A stretch of DNA of 64,000 bases from Minisyncoccota bacterium (lineage in GTDB: Bacteria; Patescibacteriota; Minisyncoccia; Phycocordibacterales; UBA9973): contig JBAZXO010000001.1 in NCBI GenBank assembly GCA_041659785.1, forward strand, positions 177,649-241,648, read 5' to 3'. The position numbers and the translations under genes were made by a program. Position 1 is the first letter of the stretch. Every line of letters starts with the position of its first letter. Positions 45,156-54,490 of this stretch are shown piece by piece. The notes under the pieces were generated by a model that made no database searches, had not been told where the DNA came from, and saw only the letters and a program-made list of their open reading frames with translations.

Positions 45156-45695
45156 TTAATTATAGAGAGACATCGCTTTTTCTTTACTCTCAGAAAAAAC
45201 AGTTTCTACTATTTCGGCGACTTTTTTAGATAATTTTTTAAGTGTTTCTAATTCTGGTTTCTTAAATTCACCAAGCAAAAAATTTAATACGGCCTTCTCC
45301 CCTGTTGGCTTTTTTAATTTTCCAGATGGTGTCGCGGGTGATATCCCAACTCTAATACGCAAAAATTCTTCACTCTTTACAGATTTGATGACAGAAGCGA
45401 GGCCATTGTGTCCACCCGAAGAACGATTAAAGGAAATTTTAATCTTCCCTAAAGGCAAATCAATGTCATCATATATAACTATCAGATCTTTCAAATCTTT
45501 ATTTGTCTTTATCAAAGGAGCGACAGCTTTCCCAGAATTATTCATAAAGGTATCTGGAGTAAGAAATTTAATTTTCTTTTTTTCTCCTTCTTTTTCGAGT
45601 TTCTTCTCAACCATGCCCACTAAAATACGCCCGGTATTATGCCTTGTGTTTTCGTATTCTTTTCCAGGATTTCCTAAGCCAACTACTAATTTCAT
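45156..45695 (-). CDS. pth: peptidyl-tRNA hydrolase
   Basis: MKLVVGLGNPGKEYENTRHNTG N-terminal signature. Length 179 aa. Confidence 0.9.
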   Translation of the reverse strand: MKLVVGLGNPGKEYENTRHNTGRILVGMVEKKLEKEGEKKKIKFLTPDTFMNNSGKAVAPLIKTNKDLKDLIVIYDDIDLPLGKIKISFNRSSGGHNGLASVIKSVKSEEFLRIRVGISPATPSGKLKKPTGEKAVLNFLLGEFKKPELETLKKLSKKVAEIVETVFSESKEKAMSLYN

Positions 45696-45715
45696 AAATA
45701 CATAGTAACATAGAA

Positions 45716-45787
45716 CCTCACCCCTGTCTGCCTAAGGCAGACTTCCCCTCTCCAAACAAAATGCTTGGAGAGGGGTTAGGGGTGAGG
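45716..45787. repeat. GC-rich nested inverted-repeat element (copy 2), intergenic
   Basis: Outer arms cctcacccc/ggggtgagg. Inner hairpins gtctgcc-taa-ggcagac and cccctctcc-13 nt-ggagagggg. Confidence 0.65.
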
Positions 45788-45848
45788 TAATTTATTACAA
45801 AACAAATTCCCCTACCCTGTCAAGGATTTTTTATGTTATATTGTAGCA

Positions 45849-46454
45849 ATGGAAGACATTAAACAAGATATGCCTATAAAGGCAATAGAGAAAACACAAG
45901 AAAAGACAAAGATGCAGTCATTTTGGGAGCTTGTACGCTTTGCTTTTATCGCATTAATAATAGTAGTCCCAATACGCGTATTAATAGCTGAACCATTCAT
46001 TGTGTCTGGAAGTTCTATGGTCCCCACCTTTACAAATGGGGATTATTTAATAATAGACAAAATATCTTATAGATTGAGCGATCCTAAAAGGGATGACGTA
46101 GTAGTCTTCCGATACCCAGGTGACACAACAAAATTCTTTATTAAAAGAATTATTGGTCTACCAAATGAAACAGTAGATATAAAAGGTAATGATGTAACGA
46201 TAACCAAAGGAGACAAAACTACCACACTCAAAATTGACCAGCCTTTCGTAAAAAATCCTGCAAACAATGAAACACATTTTGAATTAAAGGGAGATGAGTA
46301 TTTCGTAATGGGCGACAATAGAGGCGCTAGCTCTGACTCAAGATATTGGGGAGCAGTAAAAAGAAATCTCTTAACGGGTAGAGCTTTCTTACGCTTGTTA
46401 CCAATAAATAAAATAGATGTATTGCCTGGCAATTATAAACAAATAGAACAATAA
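45849..46454 (+). CDS. lepB: signal peptidase I
   Basis: Catalytic SGSSMVPTF (Ser) and IKRIIGLPNE (Lys box) motifs, and GDNRGASSDSRYWG. Confidence 0.85.
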   Translation: MEDIKQDMPIKAIEKTQEKTKMQSFWELVRFAFIALIIVVPIRVLIAEPFIVSGSSMVPTFTNGDYLIIDKISYRLSDPKRDDVVVFRYPGDTTKFFIKRIIGLPNETVDIKGNDVTITKGDKTTTLKIDQPFVKNPANNETHFELKGDEYFVMGDNRGASSDSRYWGAVKRNLLTGRAFLRLLPINKIDVLPGNYKQIEQ

Positions 46455-46455
46455 T

Positions 46456-47763
46456 ATGAAAAAATCATCAAACGCAAACAAAGCTAAGATGTCAGAAGTT
46501 TCTTCACCCAAGGGAATGAGAGATTTGATGAATGAAGATTATTATTCTTTTCAAGGATTTTTTGAAAAAGCACAAGAAGTGGCAGTGTATTATGGTTTCA
46601 AACCAATTGATACTCCAATGCTTGAACAAGAAGAAATATTTACCACGACCATAGGAGAAGGTACAGATATCATAGATAAAGAGATGTACACTCTAAAAAC
46701 TAAAGGCGGAGATCACCTAGCTCTTCGTCCAGAACACACTGCTCCCCTCATGCGTGCTTATATCGAACACGGAATGCAGACAATGCCTCAGCCTGTAATG
46801 TTTTATCAGTATGGTCCAGTCTTTAGACATGATAAACCTCAGCGCGGACGTTACCGACAATTTTGGCAATTTGATTTAGACTGTTTGGGAAATGACAAAA
46901 GCATTATGGATGCGCTTGTTATCAAAACAGGAATGACTATATTAGAAGAAGCTGGAGCAACCAACTTAACAATTGATGTAAACTCAATAGGAGACAAAGA
47001 GTGTAGAAATGTATATTTAAAAGAACTCACGAGTTATTACAAAAAACACATTAATAGCTTACCAGCAGTGGATCGTGAAAGATTAAAAACAAACCCACTT
47101 CGCGTATTGGACTCAAAAGAAGAAAAGACAAAAGAAATTAATGAGAATGCTCCAGATTCTGTATCTTTCCTGTGTGCTTCTTGTAAAAAACACTTTAAAG
47201 AGGTATTGGAATACTTAGAAGAAATGGGTATACAATATAATGTAAATAAAAACTTAGTACGTGGACTTTCTTATTACACTCGTACTGTTTTTGAAATAAT
47301 AGAACAAGCGGGTGGAGAAGATGGTACTCCATTAACTCTCGCCGGTGGCGGACGTTATGACTATCTAGCTCGTCAAATCGGGAGCAAGCGTGATGTACCA
47401 GCGATAGGAATATCTATTGGTGTAGATCGAATAGTTGCATCAGCTTGGTATAAAAAACTCTCCCCTCGTATATTGAAGAAGCCAAAAATTTACTTTATTC
47501 AATTGGGCTCTGAAGCAAAATTAAAAAGCCTAAACATTATCGAAATATTACGCAAAGCACACATGCCTATTGCTCAATCCCTATCAAAAGACAGCCTAGG
47601 ATCTCAGCTCGCTATCGCTGAAAAGCTTTCTATCCCCTACGCAATAATCTTCGGACTAAAAGAAGCTCTCGATAATTCTGTTATTGTACGAGATATGTCC
47701 AATAGATCACAAGAAACTGTAAAATTAAGTAAACTTCTAGAATACTTAAAAGAACTAAAATAA
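46456..47763 (+). CDS. hisS: histidyl-tRNA synthetase
   Basis: Class II motifs (MYTLKTKGGDHLALRPEHTAP, QFDLDCLG, GGGRYD). Length 435 aa. Confidence 0.9.
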   Translation: MKKSSNANKAKMSEVSSPKGMRDLMNEDYYSFQGFFEKAQEVAVYYGFKPIDTPMLEQEEIFTTTIGEGTDIIDKEMYTLKTKGGDHLALRPEHTAPLMRAYIEHGMQTMPQPVMFYQYGPVFRHDKPQRGRYRQFWQFDLDCLGNDKSIMDALVIKTGMTILEEAGATNLTIDVNSIGDKECRNVYLKELTSYYKKHINSLPAVDRERLKTNPLRVLDSKEEKTKEINENAPDSVSFLCASCKKHFKEVLEYLEEMGIQYNVNKNLVRGLSYYTRTVFEIIEQAGGEDGTPLTLAGGGRYDYLARQIGSKRDVPAIGISIGVDRIVASAWYKKLSPRILKKPKIYFIQLGSEAKLKSLNIIEILRKAHMPIAQSLSKDSLGSQLAIAEKLSIPYAIIFGLKEALDNSVIVRDMSNRSQETVKLSKLLEYLKELK

Positions 47764-47804
47764 TCGCCAGAACGGCGATCCGCCGAAGAGGCGGAAAAAT
47801 AAAG

Positions 47805-48368
47805 ATGAAAAAAATATTGCAACAAAAAGAGAAGGTCCTACACCAAATAGCAGAAGAGGTGAATATTTCTGATATTAAGACTAAAAAAATACAGACTGTG
47901 ATAAAAGAGATGTCTGCATCTCTCAAAAGCCAAGATGATGGTGTAGCCATAGCCGCACCACAAATAGGATACAAGTTGCGAATTTTTGTTGTATCTGGGA
48001 AAATATTCGCGAAAGATTTTGCTAAAAGTAGAGAAGAACGATTATTAAATGAAAACAACATAATAAAATCAACTTATAAAAAAGAAATATTAAAAGATTT
48101 AATATTTATTAACCCTAAAATTTCCAAACTTTCTCGCGAAAAAGAATGGGTTCCAGAAGGTTGCCTTTCAGTAAGATGGCTCTATGGAAAAACCTTTAGA
48201 TCTAAAAAAGTAATAATCACTGCTTATGATGAAAATGGCAAGAAATTCCAACGAGGAGCATCTGGATTGCTTGCTCAAATTTTTCAACATGAGACTGACC
48301 ACTTAAACGGCATACTCTTCATCGACCATGCCAAAGACATAAAAGAAGAGCTTCCTGAAAGGAAATAA
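47805..48368 (+). CDS. def: peptide deformylase
   Basis: EGCLS and QHETDHLNG (HExxH) motifs. Confidence 0.9.
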   Translation: MKKILQQKEKVLHQIAEEVNISDIKTKKIQTVIKEMSASLKSQDDGVAIAAPQIGYKLRIFVVSGKIFAKDFAKSREERLLNENNIIKSTYKKEILKDLIFINPKISKLSREKEWVPEGCLSVRWLYGKTFRSKKVIITAYDENGKKFQRGASGLLAQIFQHETDHLNGILFIDHAKDIKEELPERK

Positions 48369-48369
48369 T

Positions 48370-49287
48370 ATGAATACACAAAATAATAAATTAAATTTTG
48401 TATTTTGGGGTACACCAGATGTAGCAAGAGAGACATTAGAGATATTAAAAGACTCTGGTTATGTACCGTCACTAATTGTAATCTCACCTGACAAGCCTCA
48501 AGGACGTAAAATGGTTATTACTCCCCCACCAGCAAAAGTTTGGGCTATAGAAAATAATATTCCATATGTTCAACCAGAAAAAAATACGGATCTTTTTTCT
48601 ATTTTTTCGAGCGAGGAATTCAGCTCGGCTGTACGTAGTGAGAAAAAATTGGAAAAAGTGAAGTATGATTTATTTATTGTTGTCGCTTATGGAAAAATAA
48701 TACCAGAAAATATATTAAATATACCTAGATTAGGCTCCATAAATATACATTATTCTCTACTTCCTAAATATCGTGGTGCTTCACCCGTAGAATCCGCTAT
48801 TTTAAACGGTGACACAGAAACAGGTGTTACTATACAAAAAATGGAATACCAGATGGATTCTGGCCCCATTCTCAGTGAGGAAAAAGTAGAAATACTTCCT
48901 AATGAAAAAGCTTCGGAATTACGAAAACGCTTAATAAAGCTCGGCGGAGAACTCTTGATAAAAACTCTGCCAGAATTTATCGCTCATAATATTACAGAAA
49001 TTAAACAGGATGAAAGTAAAGCAACTTTTTGTAAAAAAATAAAAAAAGAAGACGGTTTGATAGATTTAAAAGATGATGCTATGAAAAATTACAATAAATT
49101 TAGAGCTTACGCAGCTTGGCCTAGAACTTTCTTTTTTCAAAATGATAAAAGAATCATTATTACGGAAGCTATTCTAGAAGATAATCCCATCGATAAAACT
49201 CAGGGCAAGCAATTTATAATCAAAAAAGTATTACCCGAAGGTAAAAAAGAAATAAAATATGAAGATTTTATTAAAACTATTATTTAG
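48370..49287 (+). CDS. fmt: methionyl-tRNA formyltransferase
   Basis: N-terminal formyltransferase domain (FWGTPDVA...SLLPKYRGASPVESAIL) plus a C-terminal domain. It lies immediately downstream of def. Confidence 0.9.
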   Translation: MNTQNNKLNFVFWGTPDVARETLEILKDSGYVPSLIVISPDKPQGRKMVITPPPAKVWAIENNIPYVQPEKNTDLFSIFSSEEFSSAVRSEKKLEKVKYDLFIVVAYGKIIPENILNIPRLGSINIHYSLLPKYRGASPVESAILNGDTETGVTIQKMEYQMDSGPILSEEKVEILPNEKASELRKRLIKLGGELLIKTLPEFIAHNITEIKQDESKATFCKKIKKEDGLIDLKDDAMKNYNKFRAYAAWPRTFFFQNDKRIIITEAILEDNPIDKTQGKQFIIKKVLPEGKKEIKYEDFIKTII

Positions 49288-49675
49288 AGGTAAAAGGATT
49301 TCTATCGGAAAGCCCTTTTAGCATTTTTTTGACGCTTGATGCACCACGCTTGAAGAGCGTTTGTTTTCGGTCTTTATTTTTACTTATATCGTTGAAAAGG
49401 GTTTCTTTCACTTGATCGATCGCACTATATAAATCTTCATGGTCACTTTCTCCATAAAAATTTCTGCCATCTAAGTTAATCTTACAGCTCGCATGGAAAA
49501 TCTCCCCTGCTTTGTGGTGATTTGTGGTTTTAACAACTTCAAAATTTGCATTTACTTCTCCTCCTCTTTTCTCAATTCCAGAAAGTAATTTGTCTAAATT
49601 AGTAACTCTTTTAAGAACGTAATCTTTAATAGCCTCTGTTAATTCCATACCCTTTCCTTGTAAATTTATTTGCAT
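49280..49675 (-). CDS. hpf: ribosome hibernation promoting factor (RaiA/HPF family)
   Basis: MQINLQGKGMELTEAIKDYV N-terminus typical of HPF. Length 131 aa. Confidence 0.8.
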   Translation of the reverse strand: MQINLQGKGMELTEAIKDYVLKRVTNLDKLLSGIEKRGGEVNANFEVVKTTNHHKAGEIFHASCKINLDGRNFYGESDHEDLYSAIDQVKETLFNDISKNKDRKQTLFKRGASSVKKMLKGLSDRNPFTSK

Positions 49676-49687
49676 ATTTTTATTATA

Positions 49688-51619
49688 TCACTTTTTTATA
49701 TCACGAGTAAGGGCTCGGAGAAGTATGTCGAGCTCTATCGTAGCCACTCCGACGACAGTATCAGCCCCGCCATAATATATATAAAGTATCCCTTCTCTTT
49801 CAGTCATACCACATGGAAAAACAACATTATTTACTACTCCAACTTTTTCATATGGTTCCGCTGGTTCAAATATAGGATCAGAAAGACGAGCTAGCACTAT
49901 CGCCGGGTCATTTAAGTCAAGCAAGGCAGCTCCTAGACGATAAGTATGATGATTCTTCGAAATACCATGATAAAGAAGGAGCCATCCGTATTTCGTCTTT
50001 AAGGGCGGAGCAGAAATTCCAACTTTTTCACTATCCCACTTATTTATTCTTGGCCCCATAATCCGAATACATTTTCGGATAGTTTCTTTTGTAAAATCTA
50101 GAGATTTTAAATAATCTCCACAAATTTCACTGCCAACTCGATGCAAAATAAAATATTTTCCTTTTGTTTTCTCAGATAAAATACAAGTATCTTTATCGTC
50201 AAATCCTGCTGGAGTAATTAGAACTGGTTTTTCCCATTGCCATTTTTTTGTTAGAAAATTTTTCTCCGTGATAGATGTAACTGCAACTCGCGGTGGACCT
50301 ATGCCATCAAATGCTGTATAACACATATAAATATTCTTTCCTACTTTTGTTAAACGTGGGTCTTCGCAACCTGAATTCCCTCCAGCAATCTTTTTCAATT
50401 CAAAACTTTCTCTGGGAATATATACAGGAGAATCTAATCTTTCATTGATAAAAAAACCATCTTTAGAAGAGGCATAACCTATAGTGGAAGTATTATCTCC
50501 TGAAAGCGCTCGATATAGTATGTGTGTTGTATTTCGTATCCTTAAGGCTGCTGGGTTGAATGTCGCTTGTGCTTCCCATGGATGATTTTTATCTGGCACA
50601 ATAATGGGATTATTTAAAGAACGTAAGAAATGCCATCTCGTACTTGTCTCTGGGCGCATAGTAGAAACAAGGTCGGTTATGTTCACATGAGCGAGGCATG
50701 AAGTCGTATCAGCCGCTCCATAATAAATGGAAAGTACATCTTTTTCTAAAATTGCACCGGAAGGAAAAACGATATTGGGTACATGTCCTATAAGTTCATA
50801 TGGCTCATTGGGTACTAAAATAGGACCACGTGTATGCCCTAAAATCTTTAATGGATTATTGAAATCAAGAAGTACTGCTTCAATACCAAAAATACGGTCA
50901 TGGTCTCCCCCTCCCGCAAAATAATGTTGAATATGAGAATACAGTATAAGCCAACCATGGGTAGTCTTTACAGGTGGGGCTCCAACTTCAGTATGGTCAA
51001 AGGGTGACCTTTTAAAATCTACAACATGTTCATCAATATTTGCATACCATTTTTCCCAAAACTTTTGATTCCATAATTCTTCTATTTTATTTACTTGAGC
51101 TATCGCAATCTTGGAAGGAGGCATATCTGTATTTACTGTTACTATTACTGTAATCTTTCCATTAATACGTTCAGGAAAAAGCGTCATAGCTTTCGCGTTG
51201 AAAGGCGTCACCAAGTGTCGCTCATGAACCTTTTTCAAATCTTTTGAAACTGCTACAGCAACTTTTATCCCACTAGCCTCAAATGGATATTTAGAAAGCG
51301 CTGTATAAAATATATAGTACTCACCTTCAAAGAAAGTAATGCGAGGATCCTCACAGCCAAACTTTTCCCACTCTTCCTTCGGAGTAATAAACGGCATACG
51401 TTCTTCGAAATGCCTGCCGTCTTTTGATTTTCCTAAACCTATTATGGACATTTGGCTAGGTGTGATAAATTTATCTTCCGCTCCGATAGCACGATATACT
51501 CCATAAAGAGTCTTCCCTTTTTTCACAACACTCATATTGAAAGTCGCAAAAGACTCCCAATAGTTATCTCTATAGGGGTCAAGGACTGGGTTATGGTGGG
51601 ACCGTTTTGCTACATACAT
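49688..51619 (-). CDS. glycoside hydrolase family 130 protein with two tandem GH130 domains (beta-mannoside phosphorylase-like)
   Basis: Two repeats of the pattern NP(V/I)(L/I)...W(E)..A.FN....(G..YL.YRA)....IG.A.S.DG..F.....P...P......GCEDPR(I/L)T. Confidence 0.7.
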   Translation of the reverse strand: MYVAKRSHHNPVLDPYRDNYWESFATFNMSVVKKGKTLYGVYRAIGAEDKFITPSQMSIIGLGKSKDGRHFEERMPFITPKEEWEKFGCEDPRITFFEGEYYIFYTALSKYPFEASGIKVAVAVSKDLKKVHERHLVTPFNAKAMTLFPERINGKITVIVTVNTDMPPSKIAIAQVNKIEELWNQKFWEKWYANIDEHVVDFKRSPFDHTEVGAPPVKTTHGWLILYSHIQHYFAGGGDHDRIFGIEAVLLDFNNPLKILGHTRGPILVPNEPYELIGHVPNIVFPSGAILEKDVLSIYYGAADTTSCLAHVNITDLVSTMRPETSTRWHFLRSLNNPIIVPDKNHPWEAQATFNPAALRIRNTTHILYRALSGDNTSTIGYASSKDGFFINERLDSPVYIPRESFELKKIAGGNSGCEDPRLTKVGKNIYMCYTAFDGIGPPRVAVTSITEKNFLTKKWQWEKPVLITPAGFDDKDTCILSEKTKGKYFILHRVGSEICGDYLKSLDFTKETIRKCIRIMGPRINKWDSEKVGISAPPLKTKYGWLLLYHGISKNHHTYRLGAALLDLNDPAIVLARLSDPIFEPAEPYEKVGVVNNVVFPCGMTEREGILYIYYGGADTVVGVATIELDILLRALTRDIKK

Positions 51620-51625
51620 AGATTA

Positions 51626-52837
51626 TTATTCAAATTTAAGTATTTTATTTTTTTCTAATTTTACTGATCCATTCTTCTTCATACTATCGATCAAATCATT
51701 AAGTGGTATAGAAGCTACTCCAATATATTTATCTCCACCACCATAATATACAAAAAGCTTATCTTTTATCATAATTGCACCACTCGCATATATTATCCCT
51801 GGCTTCCAATCATTTTCATACCATGCATCTGGTTCAAGGATGGGATGAGCTGCTCGATAAAGAACTTTTCTTGGGTCTTTCAAATCAAGCAAGAGTGCCC
51901 CTAATTTATAGCGGTTCCCATCGTCTTTATCCATAGCATGATACAACAAAAGCCAACCATCTTTAGTTTTAATTGGAGGAGCAGCAGCACTACGGGTACG
52001 CTTATGCCAAGCTACAACATGGTCAGGTAAAATTTGAGGATCTGGCGCTTCGCTTCCGACACCACTTCCCATAGGGGTTTCAGAATTATCGAGTTTATTT
52101 ACAAAAGCAACACCAACTTGTGATGGATCACCTTTATCTAAATTGTGGAAAATTGCAAATTTACCATTTATTTTCTCTGGAAATAAAACCCAATTTTTCT
52201 GCCTATCTCCAAGACGAGAAAGGTAAGAGAAATTTTTCCAAATCCATTTCTTGTTAAATAAATCTTCTTCCTTAATAGAAATCACTGCCACTCGCATAGA
52301 ATTCCAGCCACTAAAAACATTAAAAGTCATATGTACATTACCATCCATAAGTACAGTTCTAGGATCCTCACAACCACCCCATCCCCCACCCGAAGCATAA
52401 AGCATCGCATCATAGATAGGACGTGAAGGTGATGTAAAAGGCCAGTGTTCTTTTATTTCTTCAGCATTTTTTAAAAAATAAACTGGGTAAAAAAGTCTAT
52501 CATCAAAATTAATACCATCTTTACTAGAAGCATATCCAATACGAGAAATTCCATCATTTCCAAGTGCCCGATAAAAAAGATGTATTCGTCCGCCTGAAGA
52601 TACGACAGCTGGATTAAAGACAGCCTGAGATTCCCAAGCATAAGACGTTGGTTTAAAGATTGGGTTGTGTAAAGACTTAGAAAGTTTTAAAGTTTTTACT
52701 ATTTTCTTTACAACTTTTTTTCTTTTTACAGCTACTTTTTTACCTACTGTCTTTTTTTTAACAGTAATCTTTTTTAAAGTCTTTTTAGTTACTTTCTTTT
52801 TTAAAGTAACTTTCTTCTTTTTTTTAGATACGGCCAT
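51626..52837 (-). CDS. GH130 family protein with a Lys-rich N-terminal extension of about 55 aa
   Basis: HNPIFKP..WESQAVFNPAV...IGYASSKDG..F...GGCEDPR matches GH130. The N-terminus is MAVSKKKKKVTLKKKVTKKTLKKITVKKKTVGKKVAVKRKKVVKKIVK. Confidence 0.7.
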   Translation of the reverse strand: MAVSKKKKKVTLKKKVTKKTLKKITVKKKTVGKKVAVKRKKVVKKIVKTLKLSKSLHNPIFKPTSYAWESQAVFNPAVVSSGGRIHLFYRALGNDGISRIGYASSKDGINFDDRLFYPVYFLKNAEEIKEHWPFTSPSRPIYDAMLYASGGGWGGCEDPRTVLMDGNVHMTFNVFSGWNSMRVAVISIKEEDLFNKKWIWKNFSYLSRLGDRQKNWVLFPEKINGKFAIFHNLDKGDPSQVGVAFVNKLDNSETPMGSGVGSEAPDPQILPDHVVAWHKRTRSAAAPPIKTKDGWLLLYHAMDKDDGNRYKLGALLLDLKDPRKVLYRAAHPILEPDAWYENDWKPGIIYASGAIMIKDKLFVYYGGGDKYIGVASIPLNDLIDSMKKNGSVKLEKNKILKFE

Positions 52838-53165
52838 ATTTATCTTTTATTCTAACAATGTCTTCTTCGTCAAAATTTCCATAAGCTATCTCTAAAACTT
52901 GTACGTCATCATTTAGGGCTTCTAGTTGATGTGGTTGTAATTTTTCTATAGTAAACTCATCTCCAGGGTTTGCATTCTTTATATCTTCGCCTACTGTCAC
53001 AACAGGATGACCAGAAATAATTCTCCAAAATTCAGTTCGATGACCGTGGTCTTGTAAACTCAAAGAACCACCACGGTTAACAGAAAGAATTTTTACTGTA
53101 GTTATTTCATTATGGGTAAATTGATCAAATTGCCCCCATGGCTTTTTTACTGTAAGAGTTTTCAT
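52824..53165 (-). CDS. cupin, type II phosphomannose-isomerase-like (ManC C-terminal domain type)
   Basis: KKPWGQFDQF...SLQDHGHRTEFWRIISGHPVVTVGED matches the PMI-type cupin pattern (KPWG...SLQ.H.HR.E.W.V..G...V). Confidence 0.55.
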   Translation of the reverse strand: MKTLTVKKPWGQFDQFTHNEITTVKILSVNRGGSLSLQDHGHRTEFWRIISGHPVVTVGEDIKNANPGDEFTIEKLQPHQLEALNDDVQVLEIAYGNFDEEDIVRIKDKYGRI

Positions 53166-53204
53166 ATAAAAATTGCTGTCCTAATTATACAACTAAACAA
53201 TTTT

Positions 53205-53972
53205 TTAGCCAATCCAATTCTTTATAATTGTTTCAGTTTCTTGTGGGTTTTTTACAGCGATTGTATCAAAACCAGCTTCGTATACAGAATAATCATTCCC
53301 CCCGGGGAAAAGGCCATCTCCAACAAAAAGTACATCAGATTTATCAAAACCTGCTTTTTTAAGATACCTTGCAAGCCCCACCGCTTTGTTAAACCCTTTT
53401 GGTAAAATATCAATACTTGAGGTGCCGTTAATTAAGAAAGTTAATTCTGGTAATTTAGGCTCGAGCATCGCTACTATCTTTTCTCTCTTTTTACGATTTG
53501 GATCAAAAGCGAGCTTTACAGCGATGGGTGCTTGTTGTCCATTGGGAGTAAAAGTAATTTGGGTATCGCGGTCTTCAATAATTTTTCCAAAAGGGTTTGG
53601 CGGTATTTCATATTGTGGGTCAGTGATAACTCCTTCTAATAATTCTATAGCGAGTTTTTTAGCTTCTACCGGCATTGGTTCTTTGTCAGTCATTTCCCAT
53701 CTATTGTCTTTTTCATTGTATTCATATCTCTGACTACCACTCGTTGGTAAGAGAGTAAAATTTTTTATAAAAGGCAACATAGATTTGTCATTTAAAAAAG
53801 GTGGTAAAAACTGCGTCTCGAGCTGATGAAAACTTCCACCAGCAATAGAAATAACCATCTTTTTTTGAATAAGTTTTTTTATCAAATTTGCCATGCTTTC
53901 TGTTATAAGAGTTTTACTGGCGGTAAGCGTCCCATCAACATCAAAAGCAATAATTTTTTTATCTGGTAACAT
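53205..53972 (-). CDS. eukaryotic-type phosphomannomutase-like HAD hydrolase
   Basis: FDVDGTLT ... ISIAGGS ... FVGDGLFPGGNDYSVY parallels PMM2 (FDVDGTLT ... GVVGGSD ... FFGDKTMPGGNDHEIF). Confidence 0.65.
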   Translation of the reverse strand: MLPDKKIIAFDVDGTLTASKTLITESMANLIKKLIQKKMVISIAGGSFHQLETQFLPPFLNDKSMLPFIKNFTLLPTSGSQRYEYNEKDNRWEMTDKEPMPVEAKKLAIELLEGVITDPQYEIPPNPFGKIIEDRDTQITFTPNGQQAPIAVKLAFDPNRKKREKIVAMLEPKLPELTFLINGTSSIDILPKGFNKAVGLARYLKKAGFDKSDVLFVGDGLFPGGNDYSVYEAGFDTIAVKNPQETETIIKNWIG

Positions 53973-54490
53973 TACATTTTTTTCTTTTTGGTAATTTTTA
54001 ATTTCTGGGCTTGTTTAACTAAATCAGAAGAACTACGAACCTTTCCGCCATGTCCAACATTAAAAACCATTTCAATTCCTAATTTTTTACACATTTCAAT
54101 ATCTTTATATAACGAAGACTCAGGATTGCTTGCATTTTTTTCATCACGATCTCCCCCGTTAGCAAACACATGCGGACGTAAAAATTCTATGTCTTTGCTA
54201 ATACTAAAATCTTTAGTATTTTTTTTATGACTACTTAAAAAAACTTGATCCACAGATTTGATTGCTTCAATAATTTCCTTGCGATCAAAGTCTGGCATAA
54301 AAGCATAACCTTTCTTTGAACGTAGCCAATGATCATTATTTATCACCACCACAAGTTCATCACCAAGTTTTTTAGCGTCATTAAAGAGCCTTACATGGCC
54401 AATGTGTACCGGGTCAAAACCGCCACTAACCATGACTATTTTCTTTCCTCTTTTTTTAGATAGAGATTTTTTTTTCATAACTATATCCAC
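53972..54490 (-). CDS. cytidylyltransferase-fold nucleotidyltransferase (RfaE domain II / TagD-like)
   Basis: VMVSGGFDPVHIGHVRL (HxGH motif), 172 aa. Confidence 0.6.
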   Translation of the reverse strand: MDIVMKKKSLSKKRGKKIVMVSGGFDPVHIGHVRLFNDAKKLGDELVVVINNDHWLRSKKGYAFMPDFDRKEIIEAIKSVDQVFLSSHKKNTKDFSISKDIEFLRPHVFANGGDRDEKNASNPESSLYKDIEMCKKLGIEMVFNVGHGGKVRSSSDLVKQAQKLKITKKKKM

